From Octopus vulgaris (Eukaryota): DNA of 64,000 nucleotides. The notes beneath the pieces were generated by a model. The model searched no databases and had not been told where the DNA came from. It saw nothing but the letters and a program-made list of their open reading frames with translations. The stretch's first letter is position 1. Each line of letters opens with the position of its first letter. Positions 14,061 to 27,755 of this stretch are shown piece by piece. Where the stretch lies: positions 7,192,001 to 7,256,000 of the forward strand of contig OX597831.1 of NCBI GenBank assembly GCA_951406725.2. Direction: 5' to 3'. The position numbers and the translations under genes were made by a program.

Positions 14061-15311
14061 ATACCCAATGTGTCATTTTTAAGACAGATGAATGTGATAA
14101 GAAAAAGATTTGGTTGTAATTTCAAGGATGTGAAATAACCCACATCAAGACTCTTTCATTGACTCAGAACTGATAGTATTTCCAAAATAGTGCCATAGCA
14201 GGTTTTGAAATGGTGGTGATGGTGATGTTGTTAGGTCTCAACATTTGTAGGTAGTTATACAGAGGTGGTTTTGTTAAGGATGAGACAGGAACCATAAACT
14301 GTGTTCCTTGTATAACTAAAAGTCTTTTGATTCAGTAAGAATAAAAGAAGCAGAGGTAAACATCCATTGAGCAGTAGTTGCTTCAATATTTCGAGCATGT
14401 TGTTACAGAACTAAGTGAAGCATACACTTGAACGATAGAATTAAATTCTCACTGGTTGCCATATGAACACCTTTGTAATATTCTCAAAAAGAAACTAAAA
14501 AGTACATAAAAAAACAAAAAAAAAAACAAAGAGAAATTTGGAATGAAATAATGAAGAACATGATGAAGCTAGTTATAGTAAATGCTTAAAACAAAAAGAG
14601 CAGATATAATCCCCATAAACACAAATTGAAACTTAAATATAACACAATAAACAGTAAAAATTAATGAAACAGCTTTGAGTAACAATTCAAAAATGCTTGT
14701 CTTCAAAAAATTTTTTTTTAGGAAATTACCCTAATACATTTAAAGCAACATTACCAAGTTATATATATAAGAGAGAGAGAGGGAGAGAGATGGGAAAGCA
14801 TACAGAGCAAGTTAAAAAGAGATAGAGTGAAAGAGAGAGACAGACAGATAAGAGAACGAGCTTAGTATTTACTTTGAACTATAAATACTAAAGAAAAAGA
14901 AAAGAACAATTACAAGCTTCAGAGCCTAAATTCCAAGCAAAACCATTGTTTCATTTCAGTATCTTTCTGTAATTTAATCCTTCCGATTTCCTATAAATGT
15001 TATTAAATCGTAAATGTTCTAAGCTCAGTCACGAAAAATTTCAATGGAAATTGAGAGAAATGGTGTTAGATTTTTCTAACATCATTTAAGAAAATGAGTT
15101 CAGTCTAAAATGTATGGCATTTACTGACGATGTTTAGCAAATTATCTCAACAGCTATATTAAAAAATGTGAGTGGAACTTCAAGAATGCTAATTTATAAC
15201 AGAGTTTTTTAGATGAATAAAATATACAGAGATTATACATATATATATGTGTGTGTGTATGTATATGTATATATATATATATATATATATGTGTATGTGT
15301 GTGTGTGTGTG

Positions 15312-15355
<44 letters not shown>

Positions 15356-15358
<3 letters not shown>

Positions 15359-15990
15359 GGTGCGGTGAATAAATTGTTGTCTAAATTACGCAAAAATGAA
15401 AATAATACTGACATCTCATTTTAACAGATATGTTTACCAAAATTACATAAAAATATCTTGAAATACTAAAGAGTAAATTTATTCTATAAAATCGCCATTG
15501 GCTTCAACCACGACCTCTAGGCGACTTCGGAATCTCCTGCAACTCTTCTGGACGGTCTCCCTGTTTAAGTTGGTGTTTGCTGCCATAATCTTTGCCTTCA
15601 GTTCATCTTTGGTGTTACAAGGTGTTCTGTTGGTTTCTCATTCAACTGTGCCCCACAAATAATAATCAAAGGGGTTGCAGTCTAGGGAGTTAGGTGGCCA
15701 GATGTTAAGGGTGATGTGATTGCAGAAATTGTCTGACAGCTATGACTGGGTTCTCCTGCTTGTGTGGCATGGTGCAGAGTCCTGTTGCTAGACATAGGAT
15801 CTTCCAGCAGCCACCCTTTTTACCCAAGGCAGCACTACTTCCTCCAGGCACTTGATGTAAGCCTCCATGTTGCGTCTGAAGCTGTGTTGGAATATGAATG
15901 GAAGCATAACGTCACCATCACTAGCGATCACTCCAAACACCACATTATGTTGACCGGATGTTTGATTTTTATCACTCTTGGTACGTGTCC
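15356..15990 (-). mobile_element. maT (DD37D) Tc1/mariner-superfamily transposon relic, 3' half, transposase pseudogene
   Basis: Minus strand translates QQDSAPCHTSRRTQS*LSDNFCNHITLNIWPPNSLDCNPFDYYLWG...RRFRSRLEVVVEANGDFIE*; 37 residues between the 2nd and 3rd catalytic Asp; terminus TA|CAGGGTGCGG within a (TA)n tract. Confidence 0.85.
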
Positions 15991-16123
15991 TCAGATTACA
16001 CTGTCCTAAGATTGATACCCAAACACCCTGAAATGTTCATATTGGAGCTTCCAGTATGAATGCCAAGCAGTACAGCATGTTTCCAAGTTTCTGGCAAAGC
16101 GAATTGTGTCACGGTACTGTTTT

Positions 16124-16155
<32 letters not shown>

Positions 16156-17597
16156 GCCTAGAAGTACATATTTACTTCTAAGCAGTGCCAACATAAAAAT
16201 TCTATTGCAAATTTTCAAAAAACCTTTTTAAAAACAACCCTGGTCATTTATAATTATTAATAAGCATTCAGACATCAGTGATTTTAATACATTTTGTGGC
16301 CTGAATTTCTCAGCATCGTTGCTTATGCACTAAAGAATCTTTATTTAAACTGTTTAGCACAATGGAAATAGGCAATTAAGTAAACATTTCAGGCATAATT
16401 TGTCATAAGTAAATAAGAATTAAGCCTTAAATTATTATAGCAAGATGAAGTTGAAATTACTGGGCCGGATAACAAGTGTTGAGAGAAGAGCATTTCAAAA
16501 CTGATATTATTTCACACAACCATTACAAGCTAATATGTAATTTTGTTTTTAAAAAAAAGGAATGGCCAACAATTGTATAAAACAGGCTAAAACAAGTAGT
16601 TTAAATTTCACTTAATTTAACCTAGAAAAAGTGCAAAACAAATGCTTGGTTTTAATTATTGCCACTTAAGCATAATGGTGCCAAAGAGTAAACAGTTAAT
16701 TCAATCGAGTCAAGTAGTTGACTAATGATACTTATTTTTTCAATACAGGGCCAGGTATGGGAGCTGGGCAACAAGAGGCAAAATCAAGATTAGCAGGGTT
16801 CAAGCTTAGAAGGGACATATTGAGGTCAAATGGTAACAAAAGTCTATATATTCAGTTTCCAATTTGTCTCTGCCTTCATGAGCGGAATGCTTTCATTGAA
16901 GCAATCAGTTTTGTAGCAGAGAGCCCTTCCTGTCACTATCCAAGCAACATCAACATTATCACGGCTTTTAGCATCTACTTACCCATGCTTGCATGGGTCA
17001 GACAAAAATCCTTTGGGGTAGACTTTTCTATGGCTGGAATCTCTTCCTATTGCCAGCCCTCACTTGATTCCAAGCAAAGTGATATTTTCCTCTAGTCTGG
17101 ACACTTGGAAAACAAACACCACTTGTATGCTGGTATTTTCTGACAATTACTGCATGATACACAACACATAGAGAGGCTTCTTTTCAGTTTCCATTAACCA
17201 AATTCACTCATAAGACAGGTCAATCCAAGGTCATAGAAGAAGACACTTGCCCAAGGTGCTACACCATTGGACAGAAGCTGAAACCATGGGGTTGCAAAGC
17301 AAACTGCTTAACCACACAGCTATGTTGGTACCCAAGTCATGCCTAAGTCAATCAACTGGTACAACTGGGACCTGTTTTTTATCAGCAGGCAAATTGGCAC
17401 AAGCAGTTCTGGACCCTGCACAGGGACACTAATGGCTGTTGTAGTGTGCTCCTGAATAGGGGCAGTTGTACAGCAGATTTACACTAACAAGTAAATACTG
17501 CAACCAGTGAAACATTTAAAGACCATACATGCCATACATACATCTATTGTTAAAAGTCCACCCAGTTATAAGAAGTTAAGATTTCAATATGGTTTAA

Positions 17598-17822
17598 CCC
17601 TTTAGCATTTAAACATGCCATATCCGGCCAAAAGTATTCTGCCTGTTTTATGATCAAACTGGCCAGATCTTGTCTCTCACACCAACCCTACAATATCGCT
17701 TTAAAAATTAACAGCTACCTCATCAAAATCTCATAGCTACAAGATTAATGCCTGATTATTAGTTCAAAACAATGAGGATAAAAAAGCATTAGTTTTGGCA
17801 GAATAATGTGAACACTAAAGGG
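17598..17822. mobile_element. piggyBac-like MITE, copy 2
   Basis: TTAA|CCCTTTAG...CTAAAGGG|TTAA, 225 bp. Confidence 0.85.
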
Positions 17823-17994
17823 TTAAATGGTGGAGGTGAACTAACTAATCCTATCAACTTGTTAATCCACATAAATAAGAATTAACATATATTACATTCT
17901 GGGTTGAAATAAGAATTCAATAAAAGGTGATAAGTATTAACAGAATAAAAACAACGAGAATTCCCACAATCCCCTGCATTGAAATAATTCTGCG

Positions 17995-18300
17995 ATAGGC
18001 ACAAGGTCTGCAAGTTTGTGGGAGGTGGGGAAGGCAAGTTGATTACATCGGCCCTGAAAGGAGGAAAGGGCAAAGTAGACCTCAATGGAATCTGACCTCA
18101 GAATAATAGTAATAATGGTTTCAAATTTTGCCACAAGGGCAGCAATTTTGGGGGAAGGGATGAATTGATTACATCGACCCCAGTGTTCAACTGGCACTTA
18201 ATTTATTGACCCCCAAAAAGATGAAAGGCAAGGTCAATATCAGTGGAATTTGAACTCAGAACGTGAAGATGGACAAAATGCCACTAAGCACTTTGTTTGG
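17995..18300 (-). mobile_element. SINE family B, one partial plus one near-complete copy
   Basis: GATTACATCG.CCC...AAGGCAA.GT..AC/T.TCA.TGGAAT.TGA.CTCAGAA repeated twice. Confidence 0.65.
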
Positions 18301-18599
18301 CATTTATGATCTGTTGAAAAATGTTTATCTAAAAGAGACAGGTATTTCTTGCCTATGTTAGTCTTAACATTAAGAGAGAAAGGAGGAGCAAACCAAGTTA
18401 TTTTCCTAGGTCTATTTTCTGGTCTGTTTTTATGCTTTCTTTATGTTCACACTGTCCAGCATCCTGGTTTTTTAAAAATATATATATAATGCCTGAAAGA
18501 TTGCTTGGAGATACATGGCATACTTTATAAATATGTCTGTTCAAGTATCATAAAAGCATGAAGCTATTAGTAGCTTTTTTGGTTGTGTATTAAATTTGT

Positions 18600-18742
18600 G
18601 TATATATATATATATATATACACATCCTTTGCATCCTGTTTTTTCTTTTGATAAATAAATAAATATAAATATATATATATATATACATCCTTTGCATCCT
18701 GTTTTTTCTTTTGATAAATAAATAAATATAAATATATATATG
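18600..18742. repeat. Local tandem duplication of a ~65-bp unit between (TA)n tracts
   Basis: CATCCTTTGCATCCTGTTTTTTCTTTTGATAAATAAATAAATATAAAT occurs twice in succession. Confidence 0.85.
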
Positions 18743-18749
18743 ATGATAT

Positions 18750-19230
18750 ATTCAAAAATTAGGGAATGAAGTAGATAAAATCCAGAGCTAGCAGAACCTT
18801 GGAATTAGTAAATTATCCAAACGAGGGGTTGACCACAAGCTACTCTTCAGGCCAAGGATACCTTGATTATATGAAGTTTACACTATATAACTAAGGTATC
18901 CTTGGCCTGAAGAGTAGCTTGCATTCTACCCCTTGTTTGGAAAATTTACTACTTCCGAGGTTCCGCTAGCTCTGATACATATATAGCCTGGATTTTATCT
19001 ACTCCATTAACCTAATTTTTGAATGTTTGTTTGCATATACAACAAACCCTGCTGATAATCATGAACTATAAAATTAACTTTTGTCAGCTTATTGTACTTC
19101 AATACGGGAAAAATTTAATCTTTTGCACCAATAAACTACTATTCTTCCTGAAAGTTGTTTTTTATATCTTTTACAGATTGCTTGAATTTCACTAATTTCC
19201 TACACCTTGATCCTTGGATTTTACCATTAC
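18750..19230. mobile_element. Foldback element (inverted arms 18750-18872 / 18885-19024) with one-sided extension; probable Penelope-like inverted pLTR relic
   Basis: CAAGCTACTCTTCAGGCCAAGGATACCTT vs AAGGTATCCTTGGCCTGAAGAGTAGCTTG etc.; bounded by TA-rich tracts; class assignment is inference. Confidence 0.6.
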
Positions 19231-20778
19231 ATATACATATATATAAGCATTTATAATAGAATATCTGTGAATGAATAAACACTTCAATGATAAAATAGTG
19301 GTTATTATTATTTTTGAAACTTTGCTATTATCCCAAACAATAAAAAAATCTAGCCATAAAAAGATAGTAATCCTATAATCCTATTTTCTTTCACCTAAAA
19401 ACACAAGACATTTCAATATTAAAGTGAAGATGCTGCTACTAGAACTGTTACTATAGAAAAAAATTTTTTTTAAATAAAGGAATATGAAAAATAATAAAAT
19501 ACAATGTGCAACAAAATCAATTGTACAAGACTAGAAAATTAAAAGCAAATTCTGCATAAAATAAATCTAGTGATATTTGAGAAAATAGCAAAGCAGCTAA
19601 ATAGTGCAAGCAAAAATCAGTCACATCAGGAATGTTATCTCCAAGTAAACATTCTCTGAAAAATTACAAATTCCACAATTAAAAAGAAGATACAAGTTAA
19701 TGCAACCATGATATGGTAACAGTTAAAATAACAGGAATATGGTTACCTCTCCACCTTGCTTCAGTTGGAAGTGCAGAGAAAACATTTCCATCACCATCTG
19801 ATACGTACTTAACTACAAAAAGTTTTGAGGGCTTTAAGGCATCTCAATTTTACTGATAGACTAAAATCAATTTAACTGAAAGGTCAAAAGGTCATCTAAG
19901 TTTGTTTTTCATGTAGGATTCTGAAAATATCAAACTTATGTTTAGCAAACCATGGACCCTGTTTTTGACTGCACACAGACTATAAGGATTATTGACCAGT
20001 GCTGCTATATTGTCCACTTGCAGAGACAGAAGAATCCCTAAACCATAAAACACAGACATTCTTCCTCTAAAGAACTAATCTTCCATTGGTTTCTCAACTC
20101 ATGAAAATGTAAATCAATAGAAAAAGAATTGACATATTGTCTCACCAATACTTATGCTTCCTTGTATTCTCTGAAAATTGGTATTTACAGTTTTTACTAA
20201 AGAAAACAACGGCACCATTCTATAACAAAAATGAAGACGTAAACTTATTGCTTCATATGAAGAAACTAATTTTCCTAATTCAAACAAACTTTTAACCATT
20301 TTAAAATGTTATGCAAGACAGCCTGGAAAAGAATATTATGCTTGCAAGCTTTTTTTTTTTTTTTTTTACCAGTATTGGTTTCAATATTGGAAACATTTCT
20401 CTTTTTCTCGATATAAAAGATCCTGACGAAGCAACAATAAAAGTTCTAACAGGATACTGGAGATCTCCTACCAAATAAACAGACTTCCAAATTTGTCAAA
20501 GAAAATGAGCAAAAGGCAGGTTGGATATTCATTCCACCCATATCAGGAAAGAGAAACTGTTATTCTACGAAACATATCTAATGCACAAGTCAATGAAGAG
20601 GTCCACTTTGAGGTCACAAGAGCAGACAGAAAATAAAAGCAAAATCTCCCTAAAAAAGAAAATTAATAAAATTTCTTGTGGTTATCATTATACAAGAGGA
20701 TGATGGATTTTCTCAATCCTAAAAGCTGGCAATAATAGGGGTCTAAAGGTTCTATAACCCATCAAAAACAACATTGAA

Positions 20779-21074
20779 GCATGGTCTTTGCCAGTACCGC
20801 CAGACTGGCTCCCGTGCAGGTAGCACATAAAAAACACCTTTTGAGTGTGGTTGTAGCCAGAACCACCTGACTAGCCCTCGTGCCAGTGGCACATAAACGC
20901 ACCCACTACACTCTCGGAGTGGTTGGCATTAGGAAGGGCATCCAGATGTAGAAACTTTGCCAGATCAGAGTGGAGGCTGGTGCAGCCTTCTGGCTCGCCA
21001 GTCCTCAGTCAAACCATCCAACCCATGCCAGCATGAAAAGCGGACATTAAATGACAACGAAGATGATGATGATG
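20779..21074 (+). mobile_element. Family A retroposon
   Basis: GGTTGGCATTAGGAAGGGCATCCAG...AACCCATGCCAGCATG...GATGATGATG tail. Confidence 0.8.
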
Positions 21075-22974
21075 AATATTTTTTTTTTAAATAATGACTA
21101 AATATTTATATCTAATTCTTCAAATGTCTCCACAGAGAAAGAACTGAAGAAAAGAAAACTGATCGACTAAATTAATCTTAACTTTTCCTTCTCATTAAAA
21201 CAGGAGGAAATTGCAAGGGAATTAAGCATTGCTCATCATCATAGGAGGATTTTTTTTTCCAGCTGGATGCCTTTCCTGTTGCCAGCCTTCATCTGTTTCC
21301 AAGTAAGGTAATATTTCCCCATGGCCAGACATGTTTCTCATGGAAGACTGGAAACAAATAGCATTACTTGCAAGAACATGACAATTGTTGACAACAATCA
21401 AGTGATTTGAAAATGAGAAGATACCAACATAAACACACATATATACACAAATGTCAGGCTTCTTGCATTTTCTGTCAGATTTGTTCACAAGGCTTTGATT
21501 AGCCTAAGCGTATAATAGAAGACACTTGTCCATGAAGCCACACAATGGGACTGAGCCCAAATCCAAATGGTTGGGCAGCAAACAGTTTATACACACACAA
21601 TGTCAAATTCCTCAAGATATCAACAATGTTGATCAATTTCTTATATTTTAGAAACAACTGACTAAGCTGCCTTTACCACACAACAAATTACAAAATAGTA
21701 CAACTTTATGGATTTCACAACACAATTACATCCCGCCTTTTTTTTATTAACTTACGATATGTAAATAAGTAAACTAAATTGATACATGAAATAAAAAGAA
21801 AATATAATCTGTATTACAAAAATATAAACAAACAAGAGAAATTCAATTAAAACCTCCAAAATTGTCTTTATTTTTGGTATTTCAAATAAATCACAAAACA
21901 TTTTTGAATTCTAACATACACAACTTATTCTATAAAATGCAAATGTCTTCTAAAGTGTTATTGTTGCTACAAACTTGGTGCTCCATCTGAGAGCCACAAG
22001 CTCAGATGTTAATTGAATGCAATAAACATTTCATATTATTATCTGTTTCAGTTCCAAGCTAGCAGAATTTGGCAAAACCGAAATTGCAGTATTCTTTGAT
22101 GCATCTCAACTTCTCAATTATATCTTGAAGATCTGTTGTAGACGAGAGAATTTTCATCCAGACTCAGAACCGTCACCATTTTATAATAGCCGTTCCTCTC
22201 AGTAGAGCAATGCGATATTCATAATGCATTTCTGCCAGTAAAGCGAGAGGACAAAGATGGAAGTGGTTGGGGGTGGTGAGTGCATAAATGCTGTACCTGT
22301 ATTCTTCAAATGGGAAAAGTGTCCATAGAGTTACTGGTTAGGGACATAATGATGTTTGCACTTGGTTCATATCTCATCAATAAAGATGAGGGAACTATTC
22401 TATGAAGTCAGGACATTAATAACTACAGCTGTCGCTGAATTGTTACATGACGATGATTAAGACAGTTTAGTCAGTAAACCTATGAAGCAGAGTAGCTTGA
22501 CTGAACGAGTCAGTCCAGATGGCAGATGGGAGTGTTAGGTAATTGCTTAAATTAACAGTTCTGAAATAATTGATAAACATTTAGTCATATATCCACAAAA
22601 TAGCTAATATTTCTTGTTAAACCACCAGAATATAGCAAAAACAACAATGCTGGATGGGCTTGAAATTAAAACCTCAATCCATTCTCCCACTTTACCATAA
22701 TATTTATAGAGGAAGATAAATTTTTAATAATCAAAGGCAAATAAAAGATTTTATTCTTTTCATTATTATTCACAAAGCGCTTACTTTTCAAACTTGTATG
22801 GCTTAGAGAAATTTCAAATTTCAAACATTTAGTAACAAGATCCCTTCCTTGATAACTATTTATTTTGTTTAGCTACACAAAACAAAGTATTTAATTACTT
22901 ATTAATGACAATTAGTTATTAATAACTAATTAAGTGAACAGCATAACCCATTTCTGTTGGCAGGGTTTTAAAAA

Positions 22975-23102
22975 ATAATAATAAACATTGTGTACAGTGC
23001 TCAGGTGCACTACAACTCATCGAAAGTGTATATATAATCAGATGTAGTTTCGACGGATTTCGGAAAGCATGAGGGCCTTAAAGGATGCAGTGTCATGGCA
23101 GT
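22975..23102 (-). mobile_element. Short LINE 3' end (CR1/L2-like) with (ATT)n tail
   Basis: Minus strand ends ...CHDTASFKALMLSEIRRNYI*, short UTR, then TTTATTATTATT; CpG-rich relative to flanks. Confidence 0.4.
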
Positions 23103-23392
23103 AAATGAGCTTAACAACTTACAAGAGCTGAACCACAAGCTTTAAATTTAGGTAAAGATTGGTTAAATAAGCAAACCGAATTAAAAGGAGATGCAAATAT
23201 AATGGTTGAGGGAAATATGACAGAGAAACTAATTCACCTGACCTGACTGCTAAGTGATCATAGCAAATATTCAACAAATTTTGTGGAATATTGGTAAAGT
23301 TCTATTTATAACTGCTGTAACTAGGCTACGTAATTTAGACAATCTATAATTTCCTTATATTCTGTTAATTTTATTTTCATCCAATGCATTAA

Positions 23393-23612
23393 CCCTTTAG
23401 CATTCAAACCGGCCATATCTGGCCAAAATATTTAACCTGTTTTATATTGAAACTGACCAGATCTCACCTCTCACCTCAGCCCTACCATGTCATTCTAAAA
23501 CTAAAAAATCACATCACTGAAATCTCTAAACTACAAGATAATGCATGATTAATTCAAACCATTTTAAATAAACAAACATCACATTTGATAGAATAATCTG
23601 AACACTAAAGGG
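23393..23612. mobile_element. piggyBac-like MITE, copy 3
   Basis: TTAA|CCCTTTAG...CTAAAGGG|TTAA, 220 bp. Confidence 0.85.
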
Positions 23613-26550
23613 TTAACTCAATAACCAGAGTACATTGCTTGTGATTTATTTTTAAATAAAATACGGCTGCAATAAAATTAAGAAACAAGAGGTCATAAGG
23701 GTATTGGCCATTATAATTCAAGTGGATTATTTGTAGTTAGAAATCAAAACGTAGTTACAGACTCGGTTCATCAAGAACCAAACACCTACTTCACAAGACT
23801 CATCATTTGTGGCATTAGGTCAGCAGATTCATTCCAGGATTTTAGGAACCAAATTTTACTTCATGCTCACCATTGTGTTAACTTGACATTTACTATCCAA
23901 GATTAAATATATTTCTTTTTCTCATTTCTTTTAGCTCTTGCAGTAGAGCAAAGCTGGGGCACTGCCTTGAAGGGGTTTAGTTGGCTTATATCAGTATTTG
24001 TCTGATATTTTAATTCATTTGGAATTACTACTTAACAACGCATCAGTTTATTAGCAATCTCTCATTGAGACATTATATATATATATCTGTAAAATAATAT
24101 GTGACAATTATTCGGTAGCCAAGATAAATTAAGAAACAAGAAATCCACACCACTATCTCTTCGGTTAACAGATAAATTTCCTCTATTTACATAATATTGA
24201 GGTCTTTTTCTTTCTTTTGTTATCTTACCGTTTTTACCAATATATATATATATATATAAAATGCATCTGGTATAGGCAAGAGAGTCATCATCATCATCGT
24301 TTAGCCATTTGGCCTAAGAACAGTGTGTACATGTATATATATAAAATGCAGTAGGCTTCCAGTTTCCCTCGACTGAATTACAACATGATGGTCAACATGG
24401 GGCTATGACAGAAGACACTAAAAGGTGCCACACACTGAGATTAAACCCAGAAGCACATTGTTGCTAAGAGAATTTAACCACACAGCTCTTCAAATTTTTC
24501 ATAAGGAAATTCAAAATCCAGCATTAAATCTCCAAAACCATTTAGAGTTCTGAATCTAATTCACTGAGAAATATAATCTATGGAAAAAAATTTCTTAAAA
24601 TGTATTTTAAACAATCTTACATCATTCGTTACCTGCTGAACACTGGTCTTCCATTCACCTAGTTTCACTGTGCAATGAATATACAATGACAAAGTGAGAT
24701 ATGAACAAATATTTGTTGTACTTGTGTATATTGACACAAAAACTCATTTAATCTAATTCAGTCAGGTTTCTTGTTGATTATCATATCAATACAAGATGAG
24801 TAACATTGATAACATAAATCCAACCAAACAATTAACTGTCTTTGAGGATAAATCAAACTTATAGCTCTCCAAACCCATCATTGTCAATATTGTTTTTATA
24901 ATTAACCCACAACAAACAAATGAATTAATCAGATTTTCTGAAACGAAAATACTAAAATCTTCATCTTTCAAATAAAACTTCCATTAGATCATTTTTCTCC
25001 ATTTTTATTAATTACTACAATTTCATTTTTGATCCTGAAATTACATTTTTAATTGCTAGACTTATATATGATATAAAATGCTAAGCCAAAAGCTTGATTT
25101 TGTTTTTTTTTCTGGTCTTCTTTTCATCACAATAATATGGAATGAAAAGGCAGTGGCTGTGCTGAGAGTGGTGAAAGAGAAGGAAACATAAAAAAAGAGT
25201 AAATTAGATAAAAAAAAAAAATAAAAAAGATAGAAGAGAGTAAAAGCCAGCACGTGAAAAATGCAGTGAGGTGAGGAGAGGAAATGAAACAAGAAAACAA
25301 AAAAGAGCTTGAAGCAAATAAGTTAGAAATTACTAAAAGTAGAATAAAAAATTATAGGGTTTATATCTGAGTATTATACTAGTTTATCTATAAAAGAACA
25401 GCTTAGAAACCTTTTATTTCTGAAACGAACCACCTAAAGAAACAGTTGATGATCATAAATCCAATATTCCAGTAAGGATTACAGAATCAGGAGTGAAAGT
25501 GGTCCACTTCAGAGAACTTCTATCAGAAATATTTTAGTCTATTATTAATCCATTGTTCAGAGACTTAATTATGTTTCGAAAGACAAGAATATTTAGAAAC
25601 ATTAGCATCTTTAATGGTGAGTTTGTATCATTTGCAGATGAAGCTTACCAAAAGAAACATGTATTCCACCACCACCACCACCACTAACAACTGGCCTCTG
25701 ATTCTTTGATGCAAAATCTCCTCATCATAATTTTATCAAAGAACTATGCATGATCTAAGGACCAGATTAATATATCAATAAATAGTGATGTTATTTTATA
25801 CTAAATCCCTCCAAATTCTTAATCATTTTCAAAATAAATTGACACAGTGTATTTCATATGACAATATACCACGATAACATTAAAAAAAATCAATAAAGTG
25901 AATAAGTTTAACTGTGTGTGTGTGTGTGTGTGTATGCCTTTCTCTCTCTGTCTCTCTCAAACAAGTAAGTGGTTCAATGGGTTTTTAATCAGATCAGAAT
26001 CCATTACGTTTCCTTATTTTTTATCCAAGTGATTTGTCTGTCTTATTGAAACAGCTCTTCCTTGCACTTCAGCATTCTTCGTAAATGATCAGATCATTAA
26101 TTCAATATACAATGTAGAAATAGGCTAAAAGAATTTCATTGTTACTCCTGATCTATATTGGGAAATAAATTGTCCTGCAATAAATTTATATTGTTTCTAA
26201 AACTGTTAAAATGTAGAAACTAGTTTGAGTGTTTTCACTATGGCAGTGAAAATGAGCTGTTAATCTGTAGCCAAGCTTCCATTGCATAATGCAATGGTCA
26301 AATAAGATTAACAGGATATTTCCAACTGTTTGAGAACATTCCATCCATAACTAAAACCTTTCTGAAATCAATAAAGCACAAAATTCAGGTTTCATTTACA
26401 GCATCATTTGTAACTGGAAATCATTAATTTGTAATTAAGTTAGTTTGCTATTTACTCAACCACTATTGTATCAACAGAAATTAGATCTTTTCCATCTCGA
26501 GTAAAAATCTGTGCTTGAGATGGAAAAGATCCCAGAAATTTACTAATTCC

Positions 26551-26879
26551 GTGCCGGTGGCACGTAAAAAGAACCATCCAAATCATGGCCGATGCCAGTG
26601 CCGCCTCGACTGGCTTCGGTGCCGGTGGCACGTAAAATGCACCAATCCGACCGTGGCCGTTGCCAGCCTCGCCTGGCACCTGTGCAGGTGGCACGTAAAA
26701 GCACCCACTACACTCACAGAGTGGTTGGCGTTAGGAAGGGCATCCAGTTGTAGAAACATTGCCAGATCAGACTGGAGCCTGGTGCAGCCTTCTGGCTTCC
26801 CAGATCCCCGGTCGAACCGTCCAACCCATGCTAGCATGGAGAACGGACGTTAAACAATGATGATGATGGTGATGATGAT
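26551..26879 (+). mobile_element. Family A retroposon, young copy with three GTGCCGGTGGCAC-type units
   Basis: CpG-rich; ends GGACGTTAAACAATGATGATGATG. Confidence 0.85.
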
Positions 26880-27099
26880 ATGTGTTTTTGTATCCTTTAT
26901 GGAGGTATTAAAACCATCATAAAAATATCCTCAGTATGAGTTCACTTATTGCTCAGAGAATCTAAGGAAATCAAATGGGGACCAATGAACATTTTACTTG
27001 AAAAGTTTAGTTATGCTCAGAGACAAGCAAAAAACAAAAAAAACATCATGTGGAACTGAAGGGATTCTTGCTGAGGAGTCAGAAGTTGAAGATTAAATA

Positions 27100-27431
27100 C
27101 ATCATCATCATCATCGTTTAACGGCTGCTTTCCATGCTAGCATGGGTTGGATGGTTCAACCGGGGATCTGGGAAGCCAGAAGGCTGCACCAGGCTCCAGT
27201 CTGATCTTGCGAGTTTCTACAGCAGGCTCCAGTCTGATCTTGTGAGTTCCTAACGCCAACCACTCCGTGAGTGTAGTGGGTGCTTTTTACGTGCCACCAG
27301 CACAGGTGCCAGGCGAGGCTGGCAACGGCCACGACTGGTTGGTGCTTTTTATGCACCACCAGCATGGAGGCCAGTCAAGGTGGCGCTGTCAACGGCAATG
27401 TTCAGATGGTTCTTTTACGTGCCACCGGCAA
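27100..27431 (-). mobile_element. Family A retroposon with small internal duplication (CAGGCTCCAGTCTGATCTTG x2)
   Basis: Reverse orientation relative to the 26551 copy. Confidence 0.85.
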
Positions 27432-27755
27432 TGCCTTTCATTTTGGACAATTCAACTCTAATACAAAAGAAGGAAACAGCTCTTCCAAAACGTGGCAAAT
27501 CTGATCGTGGTAATTACTAAACTCTTGTGCTCTTAGTACAGAATAAAATCTTGGCTTGAATGTCTTTGAACAAAATTCTTGATGGAATGGTTTTGAATGC
27601 CATAGCTGAAACTCAATCTATTTTTTTTTTAGTTGGGCAAAACTTTGATGTGAACATAAATAAACTGCATGTACACCATGTGTTGTTTCAGCTCTGATCA
27701 GTTATAACTGACCAGTTTTTTTAAGGCACTGACTGCTCTGGACTACATTGTCCAA

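Noticed and set aside
16021-16030. CACCCTG as the second terminal repeat of the maT element
   Set aside because: Only 7 nt match the left terminus and there is no TA duplication.
18905-18950. CTGAAGAG...GGAAA in the 18.8 kb foldback as a hammerhead
   Set aside because: Stem II does not close onto GAAA, and the other arm has GGATA at that position.
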